DNA from: a virus
Taxonomy: Duplodnaviria > Caudoviricetes
Length of the DNA stretch: 39,014 bases
Virus record (IMG/VR): IMGVR_UViG_3300020045_016215
Span: 1-39,014 of that record
Direction: 5' to 3' (one strand)
A model generated the notes under the pieces. The model was not told the origin of the DNA, did no database searches, and worked only from the letters and a program-made list of their open reading frames with translations. The translations under genes and the position numbers were made by a program. Of the stretch, positions 13,779-25,900 are shown one piece after another (the stretch's first letter is position 1; each line of letters starts with the position of its first letter).

Positions 13779-14204
13779 ATGTTAAGTCCTACAACACTTT
13801 TTTCAATATTTGAAGAAAAACCAATTGAAGAAATAATTCCTGTTTCTGATGGAAATTCTGTTCCTGTCCCTTTATTAATTAAAATTTTTAAAAAACTAAT
13901 AATAAATCATATTAAATTTTCTGATAGTTTAGTATCTTCATTAATTAAAAATAGTTATGAATTAGGATTTGAAGATGTTTCAAGAGCTGGATTTTATATT
14001 GTTTATAATAAAGCTTATAATTGTATTTCTAAAATAGATATAGAAATTGAGGAAAATATTAATCATTTAAAATTACTTAATAATGAAAATGATTTAGAAT
14101 ATTGTTTGGATAAATCAATTGAATTTTTTTCCTGGTATGAGGAATATGAAAAATGTTCAACTCTTCAAAACATCTTAATATCTTTTCAACTTCTTCCTTT
14201 TTAA
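13779..14204 (+). CDS. hypothetical protein
   Basis: ORF; C-terminal EEYEKC helical motif. Confidence 0.75.
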   Translation: MLSPTTLFSIFEEKPIEEIIPVSDGNSVPVPLLIKIFKKLIINHIKFSDSLVSSLIKNSYELGFEDVSRAGFYIVYNKAYNCISKIDIEIEENINHLKLLNNENDLEYCLDKSIEFFSWYEEYEKCSTLQNILISFQLLPF

Positions 14205-14316
14205 AGTAGGCAATATAATTAAAATTCCTTATTTTCTATTTACGGGTCTTGGAAATGGAAATAGGGGGAGAAAAGGATTGAATAAAAATAACAAATAAAA
14301 CATCAGAAAAAATAAG

Positions 14317-14348
14317 TTAGGCAATACATGGATAGGTCTATATATTGT
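14317..14348 (+). promoter_or_regulatory. Promoter variant TTAGG-N19-TATATTGT
   Basis: Same spacing; same variant at 30865. Confidence 0.55.
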
Positions 14349-14368
14349 AAAACACAACATATAATTTT

Positions 14369-14569
14369 ATGAGAAACAGAGATTTAGTAGTTAAAAAATT
14401 AGAACAATTAGATTCAAATCTAACCAGAATTGAATATTACATTAAAAGACAAGGTTCACCAGAAGACATTTATTTAATTATAAATGAATCTAAGGAAAAA
14501 ATTGAACAAACCAAAGACATTATACAACAAGAACCATTCTCTCCGAATGAGATTAATCCTTTAAATTAA
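14369..14569 (+). CDS. hypothetical coiled-coil protein
   Basis: ORF track. Confidence 0.75.
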   Translation: MRNRDLVVKKLEQLDSNLTRIEYYIKRQGSPEDIYLIINESKEKIEQTKDIIQQEPFSPNEINPLN

Positions 14570-14573
14570 AAAT

Positions 14574-15332
14574 ATGAGTTTAACAGCTGAAAAAATTCTT
14601 GAAAATAGAAATTGGATACACGAGTGTATTAACAAATATATATCATCCCCCAGAAAAGAAAAAGTATTAGATTTCTATAATAAATTTGATGAAAGGTTAA
14701 CTATGATGCCTGCTTCCCATAAAAAAGAATATCATAGTGCTTTTGAAGGGGGTTATTTTGATCATGTAAGAAGAGTAATTGAATGTATATTAAAAGTACA
14801 TGAAGTTTGGGATTCTATGGGTTCAGATTCTACTACTTATACAATTGAAGAATTAATATTTTCAGCATTAAACCATGATTTAGGTAAAATGGGAGATGAA
14901 GAATATGAATCTTACATCCCACAAACAGATTCTTGGAGAAAAGATAAATTAGGAGAAGATTGGATGTTTAATACTCAATTAGAATTTGCATCAGTACCTG
15001 ATAGAGGTTTGTTTTTACTACAATCTCATGATATAAAATATACATTTAATGAAATGATAGCAATTCAGATTCATGATGGACTATATGATGAAGCAAATAA
15101 AAAATATTTGATGGTTTGGGGACCCGAAGCAAAATTAAGAACTAATTTACCATTAATACTTCATCAAGCAGATTTAATGGCGGCAAAAATTGAATTTGAT
15201 AATGAATGGATGGCAAAATTAAAAACTCCAAAAACAGCCTCAAAACCATTCTCCCTTGTTAAAAATACTAAAACCCAAGCTTTGGGTAATATTAAAAGTG
15301 ATAAATTAAAAAATATTTTAAATTCAATATAA
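14574..15332 (+). CDS. HD-domain phosphohydrolase
   Basis: PAS..YH..GG..DH; HDLGK; HDGLY; LHQAD. Confidence 0.9.
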   Translation: MSLTAEKILENRNWIHECINKYISSPRKEKVLDFYNKFDERLTMMPASHKKEYHSAFEGGYFDHVRRVIECILKVHEVWDSMGSDSTTYTIEELIFSALNHDLGKMGDEEYESYIPQTDSWRKDKLGEDWMFNTQLEFASVPDRGLFLLQSHDIKYTFNEMIAIQIHDGLYDEANKKYLMVWGPEAKLRTNLPLILHQADLMAAKIEFDNEWMAKLKTPKTASKPFSLVKNTKTQALGNIKSDKLKNILNSI

Positions 15333-15333
15333 T

Positions 15334-15618
15334 ATGAATACTATTGGAATATTAATTACAATTATTATATTAATTACAATTATTGCTTTCTTTGTAATAA
15401 GAAACATGATATTAAAATTTGAAAATCAACAACAAATATTAGTATCATATTTTGAATATTTAAATAAAATATCAGGAATAATTGAGTTTTCCGATAAAAA
15501 ATTAAAAGAAATAGATGTAAAAGGTCATTTTGAAGCTGACGATGAAGTTGGTTGGTTTTTTGAACAAGTAAAAAATATTCAAGAAATCTTAAATGATTTT
15601 CAAGTAAAACAATTATAA
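15334..15618 (+). CDS. membrane-anchored hypothetical protein
   Basis: N-terminal TM helix; FEADDEVGWFF. Confidence 0.8.
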   Translation: MNTIGILITIIILITIIAFFVIRNMILKFENQQQILVSYFEYLNKISGIIEFSDKKLKEIDVKGHFEADDEVGWFFEQVKNIQEILNDFQVKQL

Positions 15619-15621
15619 AAA

Positions 15622-16347
15622 ATGGGCAATGTAGAATCGTTAGTAAAAAAAAACAAACCAAAATCAATAAGATATTTTACACAAGATACTGAGGATGCAA
15701 TAGTATCTTATAATAATACTATTGATAGTGAGGAAAAAAATAATTTATATCAATCTAAAATTCATTATGCCTTTTTCAAATTAACTGAAAATATAATTCA
15801 TACATTCAAATTTTATCATACAGAAGTTGATAATATTGAAGATTTACAACATGAAGTAATAATATTTCTATTATCAAAAATTCATCATTTTGATCCTACT
15901 AAAGGATATAAAGCATATTCATATTTTGGAACTATTGCTAAACGTTTTTTAATTTTAAGTAATGAAACAAATTATAAAAAGAAAATTAATAAAACAGAAA
16001 TAGAAGAAATAGAAGAAAGTGAAGATTTTTCTTATGATATAGTCGATCTTGATTATCCTGAAGATAGATTATCTTTTTTTATTAACAATTATATAGATTA
16101 TTGTACTAAGAACCTTAATGTCTTTTTCCCCAAACCCCAAGATGCAAAAGTAGCTGATGCTATTTTAGAATTATTTAGGAAAAGAGAAAATTTATTAATA
16201 TTTAATAAAAAGGCTCTTTATATATATATAAGAGAAATAGTTGATGTAAAAACATTAAAAATAACCCAAATAGCAACTAAATTGAATAATATTTTTAAGA
16301 AAAATTACTTATTTTATTTGGAATATGGATATATAAAATTTAATTAA
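15622..16347 (+). CDS. RNA polymerase sigma-like factor (T4 gp55-like late sigma)
   Basis: YFT...AI..YN; FDPTKG.KAYSYFGTIA region-2-like motif. Confidence 0.7.
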   Translation: MGNVESLVKKNKPKSIRYFTQDTEDAIVSYNNTIDSEEKNNLYQSKIHYAFFKLTENIIHTFKFYHTEVDNIEDLQHEVIIFLLSKIHHFDPTKGYKAYSYFGTIAKRFLILSNETNYKKKINKTEIEEIEESEDFSYDIVDLDYPEDRLSFFINNYIDYCTKNLNVFFPKPQDAKVADAILELFRKRENLLIFNKKALYIYIREIVDVKTLKITQIATKLNNIFKKNYLFYLEYGYIKFN

Positions 16348-16348
16348 A

Positions 16349-16674
16349 ATGGATAATTTAGAACTAGTAGTTTTTAATGGTAAAAAATTTTCAGATATTC
16401 TATCAGAAATTTATAATAACCAAAAAAAGAAAGAAAAACAAATAACATCACTTATAGATGAATTAAAACCATTAGTTAAAGATATTGGAGATGCTACTTT
16501 GGTAGTACCCTTATTAAAGGAATATTTAGATATTGGGGTAAAAAATGATGAACAATTAATAAAATTAGCTGGAATTATTCAAAGGATTGTACAAAATAAA
16601 AATGATGGGGGGGATTCGATTCTTACTGAGGAGGAAAGAAAACAAATAATGAGTGAAGTAGATAAAATAAAAAA

Positions 16675-16678
<4 letters not shown>
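16349..16678 (+). CDS. conserved hypothetical protein
   Basis: Helical ORF, tightly packed. Confidence 0.8.
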
Positions 16679-18794
<2,116 letters not shown>

Positions 18795-18810
18795 AAAGTT
18801 TAACAAAATA

Positions 18811-18818
18811 ATATTTAT
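18811..18818 (+). promoter_or_regulatory. putative late promoter ATATTTAT
   Basis: Same intergenic octamer at 6834, 7472, 10173, 13762, 27704, 32623. Confidence 0.5.
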
Positions 18819-18824
18819 AAACAT

Positions 18825-19238
18825 ATGAAATCTGATTTATTAAAAAATTTACTAAAAGAAGTAGTAAGAGAAGCTTTTAAAGAAGAACTAAAGGATATAA
18901 TTATAGAGGTTTTAAAATCTAATAATAATTCTTTAATTAATGAAAATAATCAAACCCCAATAAATAATAGAAATATTCCAAAAGTATTACCATCAAATAG
19001 AAGTAATACCTCAAGATTACATGAAGATAATGATCCCGAAGAAGTAAATTCTAAAGAAATTAGAAATATACTTTTAAACAAAATGGCTGTAAGAACCCCA
19101 TTAAATGAAGGAGATAGATCAACATTTAATCCAAGAGGAACAGTAGATCCAATAAATGGAGAACTTCCACAAGGAAATGTTGGATTAGATCAAATAATGG
19201 GTTTATTAAATCCTGTTGTAAATGAGGGGGGAGATTAA
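18825..19238 (+). CDS. hypothetical virion-associated protein
   Basis: LKE.V.E repeats; INE/LNE motifs. Confidence 0.75.
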   Translation: MKSDLLKNLLKEVVREAFKEELKDIIIEVLKSNNNSLINENNQTPINNRNIPKVLPSNRSNTSRLHEDNDPEEVNSKEIRNILLNKMAVRTPLNEGDRSTFNPRGTVDPINGELPQGNVGLDQIMGLLNPVVNEGGD

Positions 19239-19242
19239 ATAA

Positions 19243-19650
19243 ATGTCATATGGTGTAAAAAATATAAATCCCCTAGATACAACCCCAAGTGTTGCTATTG
19301 GAATTTCTATTCCCTTCAATTCACCTTCTGTTTTTAATCAAACATACATTACTAAAGATGCTATAAAGAATAATATTATTAATTTTTTCCTTACAAATAA
19401 GAAAGAAAGATATTTAAATACAAGATTTGGAGGGGATTTAAGAAATTTTATTTTTGAACAAATTGCTGATAATAATATTGATAATTTAAAAGAAAATATT
19501 CAATCTCAAATAACAACAAATTTTTTAAATTTAACTGTTAATACTTTTGATATTACAACAGATAATGATAAAAATACTATAATTATATCCTTTAGTTATA
19601 GTATTAATAATATGGGGATAAATGATAATATTACTCTTGAATTTAACTAA
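19243..19650 (+). CDS. baseplate wedge subunit, gp25-like
   Basis: IKNNIINFFLT.K.ER...FG.DL...FE. Confidence 0.88.
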   Translation: MSYGVKNINPLDTTPSVAIGISIPFNSPSVFNQTYITKDAIKNNIINFFLTNKKERYLNTRFGGDLRNFIFEQIADNNIDNLKENIQSQITTNFLNLTVNTFDITTDNDKNTIIISFSYSINNMGINDNITLEFN

Positions 19651-19652
19651 AA

Positions 19653-21491
19653 ATGACAAATAAATCAATTTCATATATAAATAAAGATTTTTCTGAATTT
19701 AGAAATAATCTTATTAATCATATAAAAACTTATTTTCCAACATCATATAATGATTTTTCACCCTCAAGCCCTGGGATGATGTTTGTTGAATTGGCTTCAT
19801 ATGTTGGGGATGTATTATCATTTTCCCAAGATAATAAATTCCAAGAAACTTATTTACAATATGCAAGACAAACAAAAAATCTATATGATTTAGCATATAT
19901 GTTTGGTTATAAACCCAAAACAACAGGTGTTGCTACTGCTACTGTTGATTTTTATCAAAAAATTCCTGCATTATTATCTGGTAGTACTTATATTCCTGAT
20001 TTTACTTATTCATTATATATTGATCCTAATTCGGTTGTAAACTCCGCAATAAATAATAATATAAATTTTCTGGTAGAAGATCCATTAGATTTTTCAGTAT
20101 CAAGTTCAATTGATCCTACTGAAGTAACTATATATGAAACATCAGCAGGGAACCCAACATATTTTTTATTAAAAAAATCAAGAAAAGCTATATCTGCTAC
20201 AATCAATACAACAACTTTTAGTTTTAATAATCCTGAAAAATTTCCAACAATTGAAATAAATGATTCTAAAATTATAAAAATTTTAGATATAATTGATAGT
20301 GAAAATAATACATGGTATGAAGTTGATTATTTAGCCCAAGAAACAATTTTTGATATAATAAAAAATATAAATCCAAATGATCCTAATTTATATACAAATA
20401 ATGCTGATACTCCTTATTTATTAAAATTAAAAAAAGTACAAAGAAGATTTACTACAAGATTTATTGATTCTGGTTCTTTACAAATTCAATTTGGTTCTGG
20501 AAATACAAATGATAATGATGAAAATATAATTCCAAATACAAATAATGTTGGATTAGGATTACCATCTGAAATATCAAAATTAACATCAGCATATTCTCCA
20601 TCTAATTTTATTTTTACTAAAACTTATGGTATTGCTCCTTCAAATACAACTCTAACAGTTAGATATTTAACAGGGGGAGGAGTTGAATCTAATATTCCAG
20701 CAAACGATTTAACTACATTAGATGGTACTGTTAAATTTTTAAACAATAATTTAACCACTGTTACTGCTCAAAATATATTTGATTCATTAGCAATTTCAAA
20801 TCCTGAAGCAGCAAATGGAGGAAATGATGGTGATTCAATAGAAGATATAAGATTAAATTCTTCAGCAAATTTTTCATCACAATTAAGAAATGTAACCCCT
20901 GATGATTATTTAATAAGAGCATTAAGTTTACCTCCAAAATTTGGAGTTATAGCTAAAGCTTTTATACAACCAACCCAAATACAATATAATCAATCTAATG
21001 CAATTTTAGATTTATATATTTTAAATTATGATAATAATAAAAGATGTACTTTAGCTTCTAATGCTTTAAAACAAAATCTATCAACTTATTTATCACAATA
21101 TAGAATGATTAATGATTTGGTTAATATTAAAGATGGTTTTATTATTAATATAGGAGTTAAATTTGATATAATTATTCTTCCTGAATTTAATAATAATGAA
21201 GTATTAGTAAGATGTATTACAGCTTTAAAAGATTATTTTGATATAGACAAATGGCAAATTAATCAACCTATCAACTTAAGAGAGATATATATTCTTTTAG
21301 ATAAAATAAAAGGAGTAGAAACAGTAAAAAATATAGAAATAACAAATAAAGTTGGGACAGGTTATTCTCAATATGCTTATGATATAACAGCTGCTACTAG
21401 AAATAATATTATTTATCCAAGTTTAGATCCAAGCATATTTGAATTATTAGATAAGGATAATGATATAGTTGGTAGAATTAGTAATTTTTAA
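19653..21491 (+). CDS. baseplate wedge subunit, T4 gp6/baseplate J-like
   Basis: DF.....L; YNDF...PG....L.SY; FG.G; Y..GGG...N; GG.D.DSIE; R.VT..DY. Confidence 0.88.
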   Translation: MTNKSISYINKDFSEFRNNLINHIKTYFPTSYNDFSPSSPGMMFVELASYVGDVLSFSQDNKFQETYLQYARQTKNLYDLAYMFGYKPKTTGVATATVDFYQKIPALLSGSTYIPDFTYSLYIDPNSVVNSAINNNINFLVEDPLDFSVSSSIDPTEVTIYETSAGNPTYFLLKKSRKAISATINTTTFSFNNPEKFPTIEINDSKIIKILDIIDSENNTWYEVDYLAQETIFDIIKNINPNDPNLYTNNADTPYLLKLKKVQRRFTTRFIDSGSLQIQFGSGNTNDNDENIIPNTNNVGLGLPSEISKLTSAYSPSNFIFTKTYGIAPSNTTLTVRYLTGGGVESNIPANDLTTLDGTVKFLNNNLTTVTAQNIFDSLAISNPEAANGGNDGDSIEDIRLNSSANFSSQLRNVTPDDYLIRALSLPPKFGVIAKAFIQPTQIQYNQSNAILDLYILNYDNNKRCTLASNALKQNLSTYLSQYRMINDLVNIKDGFIINIGVKFDIIILPEFNNNEVLVRCITALKDYFDIDKWQINQPINLREIYILLDKIKGVETVKNIEITNKVGTGYSQYAYDITAATRNNIIYPSLDPSIFELLDKDNDIVGRISNF

Positions 21492-21503
21492 TAGTTATAA
21501 TAT

Positions 21504-22649
21504 ATGAGTATTTTCAAAATATTTCCCGAAAAAGATGCTACTATTTATTCTTTATATCCTAATGCAAATACTGGATTAGATGAGATTATTGAAAGTACAT
21601 TAACAACATCCCCCCCAACAGACCCTGATCCCAACACAAGTAGGTTTTTAATAAAATTTCCAACTTCTGATATTAATGATGTAATAAATAATAAAATATC
21701 ATCAAGTTTAACTTGGTCTGTTAATCTAAAAGTATATCAGGCAAATATACAAGGATTAAATCTTGATACTGTATTAGAATGTTTTCCAATATCTGGATCT
21801 TGGGGTATGGGAACAGGAAAATATTTAGATGAACCTGAAACTACAAATGGAGTAAGTTGGAATTGGAGAACATATTCAGGTAGTAATTATTGGACAACTT
21901 CAAGTTTTACACAATGTGTAACAGCATCTTTTTCAAGCTCAGTAACAGAAGGAGGAGGAACTTGGTATACAGGTTCAAACACAGCTTCATTTAATTCAAA
22001 TACATTCCCTATAACTCAATCTCAATTATTATCATATGCCAGTACAAAAGATATTGATATGAATGTTACTAATATTATCAAAGCATGGGTAACAGGAGCT
22101 TTTGATAATGAAGGTTTTATATTAAAACAACAATTAGAATTTGTAGATAATCATAATTATCAACCATCATTAAAATTCTTTTCTATTGACACTAATACTA
22201 TTTATCCACCCCAACTAGAATTTAAATGGAGAGATTATAATTTTACTACTGGTTCTTCTTCAAATACAATAATTAACACAACCCCATTAATAATAAACAT
22301 AACAGAAAACCCAGGATTTTTTTATAGTGGAAGTATTAATAGATTTAGAATTAATGCAAGGCCACAATATCCTATTAGGGTTTATCAAACTCAATCTGTT
22401 TATACTAATAATTATTATCTCCCAACAGCATCATATTATGCTATAAAAGACCTAAAAACAAATGAATTTATAATTAATTTTGATTCTACTTATACCCAAA
22501 TAAGTGCTGATTCAACAAGTAGTTATTTTGATATTTATATGTCGGGGTTAGAACCAGAAAGATACTATGAGATGTTAATAAAAACCACAGTAAATGGTTC
22601 AACAACGGTTTATTCAAATAATTATTATTTTAAAGTTATAAATGGTTGA
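21504..22649 (+). CDS. virion structural protein (DNRLRE-like domain)
   Basis: KDATIY...N.G; SRFLIKF; D.TN...W; P.L...W; TGS-rich. Confidence 0.65.
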   Translation: MSIFKIFPEKDATIYSLYPNANTGLDEIIESTLTTSPPTDPDPNTSRFLIKFPTSDINDVINNKISSSLTWSVNLKVYQANIQGLNLDTVLECFPISGSWGMGTGKYLDEPETTNGVSWNWRTYSGSNYWTTSSFTQCVTASFSSSVTEGGGTWYTGSNTASFNSNTFPITQSQLLSYASTKDIDMNVTNIIKAWVTGAFDNEGFILKQQLEFVDNHNYQPSLKFFSIDTNTIYPPQLEFKWRDYNFTTGSSSNTIINTTPLIINITENPGFFYSGSINRFRINARPQYPIRVYQTQSVYTNNYYLPTASYYAIKDLKTNEFIINFDSTYTQISADSTSSYFDIYMSGLEPERYYEMLIKTTVNGSTTVYSNNYYFKVING

Positions 22650-22983
22650 ACAAATAAAACTTGCTAAAAAAGTATTCGATAAAGGAAAATATAAAAAAAT
22701 AATTGATACAAAATTTACTCAATTAATTAATATTTCAACATCAAATACTTCATCAATCCCTTCGATTGATGATTTCTTTTCATTTTATAAAGAATTATTC
22801 TTTGAAATACCTCAACTAGGAGAATCCAATTCTCATGAGTATATTGTAAAAACAAGTGGAGATTATATTAATATAGAAAATTCAAATGAAGAAATACAAG
22901 CTCTAATAGATGAAGTAACCCAATTAAGACAAGAAAACATTGATTTAAATAAAAAAATAGCCACCCTTCCACTCCCTAAATGA
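22642..22983 (+). CDS. hypothetical structural-module protein
   Basis: C-terminal coiled coil. Confidence 0.8.
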   Translation: MVEQIKLAKKVFDKGKYKKIIDTKFTQLINISTSNTSSIPSIDDFFSFYKELFFEIPQLGESNSHEYIVKTSGDYINIENSNEEIQALIDEVTQLRQENIDLNKKIATLPLPK

Positions 22984-25900
22984 GTAATATAGTTACCATA
23001 AAAAAAATAGATCCTAATAATTTTTTACTTCAAGATTATACTTCTGAAGATGAAATTTTAATTCCCAATTTTAATAAAGAGTTAAATTTTAATCCAAATG
23101 AAGATTATTTAGAATATTTTATATATGATTTAAATAATACTTTATTATTTTTTAATATTGATGGGTATAATAACTATAAATTATCAGATAATCAATTAAT
23201 AATTGATCCTGAAAAGGATATAAAATTAAATGAATTTAATATAGGGTCTTTTTATACTTTATATAATTTTTTAAAACATAAATTATATTCATCCCCAACC
23301 CAAACATTTTACATTGAAGAAATAAGTTCAGATAGAACTGAAATTAGATTAAATACAACTAAAATTAATAATAAAGATGTTGTAGAATCTGTTAGTATTC
23401 TTCAAAAAGAAATTGAAGATTCAAAAGGAAATTATAAAGATTTTTATTTAAATTTTGGAAATAATAATTTAATCATTGCTACTAATATATTATTAGATAA
23501 TGATAATATTAAGGACCCTTCAGTTTTAATAAAATTATATGAACCCCTTCCTAATAATTTTTCTATAAAAAATGAATGTTGGGTTGTTGAAAAAATTTCA
23601 GAATCAAATGCTTATTATATTAATATAAATGAAATTTTTGATTCAACAAGTGATAATATAAATTTAAGAGGTCCTAATTTTAATTTAAATATTCAAGACC
23701 AAATAAATAATACCAGTGATTATTTATCTTATAATACATTAATTTCAACAAATAATTCACAAGGTTCTGGTAGTTTAAAAAATCAAATTGATTCTATATT
23801 AGAGGAAAAAGGTATTGAAATAAATATAGATCATACTGATTATGAAAACTTTATATTTTTTTCATCTGCATTAACAAGATTAGAAAATTTTTATTATAAA
23901 TTATCTTTAATTGAAGAATTTACTTATAGTTCAAGTTTATCAAGTGGTACTTCTACTAATTATTATGTTTCTTCAAGTAATTTAATATATCAAAATAAAA
24001 TTAATGAAATAATATCTAATTTTGATAATTATGAATATTTTTTATACTATGATTCTGGAAGTAAAGCTTGGCCTAAATCTAATTCAACCCCACCATTTGT
24101 AAATTATCTTACAACTTCCACTTCAGGATCAAATTTTTTAGTAACCCAATCTATTAGTGCTTCTTCATTTGATAATGGTAATGTTAATGCTTTAATAAAT
24201 GCTATTCCAGATTATTTAAGGGAAGATTCAAATAATGATAATTATATATTATTTGTAGAAATGATTGGTCAACATTTTGACAACATTTGGATTTATTTAA
24301 AAGATATCCCAAATAAATTTGATGCAGATAATAGAATTAATTATGGTATTTCTAAAGATCTTATAACTCAAACTTTAAAAGAGTTTGGGGTTAAAATTTA
24401 CCAAAATAATTTTAGTACAAATAATTTATATTCTGCTTTATTAGGTATAACACCTTCAGGTAGTTTATTCAATTTACCTTTTACTACAGGCTCATTACCA
24501 ACCCCAACAGAATATGAATATATAAATAATTATATAACTTCTTCTTATTCAACAAGTTCTCTTCCTTCAGTAGAAGACATAAATGTTGGAATATATAAAA
24601 GAATTTACCATAATTTACCTTATTTACTTAAGAAAAAAGGTACAACAACAGGTTTAAAAACATTAATAACACTTTATGGGGTTCCTGATACTATTTTAGA
24701 TATTAATGAATTTGGAAACCAATCAACAATAGACCCAAACAAATATGATTATTGGTATAATAAATTTAATTATTCTTTTGATACACCCTCAAATAGTAAT
24801 GTAACAATACCATGGATTCCTTTATCCTCTAGTCTACTTTATCCCAAAGCAGTAGAATTTAGATTCAAAACTCCAGGCTTACCAACAAGTTCAATTCCAT
24901 ATAGTCAATCTCTTGTTAATTTTAGTAATAATGAATTTAATCTAATTTTAGAATATACAGGGTCTGGAAATTCATCAGGATCATATTCTGGATCAATTAT
25001 AGATCTTAATTATCAATATGCTACATTGAAGTTTTATCATTCCTCTTCAAATTCTTCTTGTAGTGTATATTTACCTTTTTATGATGGAGATTGGTGGAGT
25101 GTATTAATAAATGCAAATAGTGGTTCATCAAATACAACATATACTTTATATACAAAAAATAAAATATATAATGGAGATGATGGTTATTCAATAGGATTTC
25201 AAGCATCTTCAAGTTTTTCATCAAGCAAACATTGGAACCAAGGTGGGACAGGAAGTTTATATTTAGGTTCAAGTGGAAGTTCAATTATTAATTCAAAAAC
25301 ATATACAAAATTTTCAGGATCATTCCAAGAATTTAGGTATTATAATACCATTTTAAGTGAAAGTAAATTTAATGATTATGTAATGAATCCATATTCCATA
25401 TTAGGAAATATGACTTCAGGTTCACAATCTTCTTTTAATATATTATCATTTAGAGCATCATTAGGAAGTGATTTATATACAACAAGATCAAGTTCAATCC
25501 ATCCTTCTATAACTGGTTCTTTACCAGTAACTCAATCTTTTAGTACAGGAAATAGTTTATTTACATTTACAGGTAGTTATACTTTCCAACCAAATAAAGA
25601 AATAATTTTTGAAAATTCATTTCCAACAGGTATAAAAAATAAAGTTAGTAAAAGAATTAGAAACAAAAATTTAATAATTCCTTATAGTAGTAGTGATAAT
25701 AATGTTCCTAATTCAAATGTATTATCTCCATTTTTATCAATACAACAATCAATTCCTGTAAGTTCATCTTATACAAAAAATATAAATTATATTGAAGTTG
25801 GTTTTTCACCTCAAAATGAAATAAATAAAGATATAATTGAACAATTAGGATATTTTAATATTGGGGAATATATTGGAGACCCAAGACAAATTTCTCAATC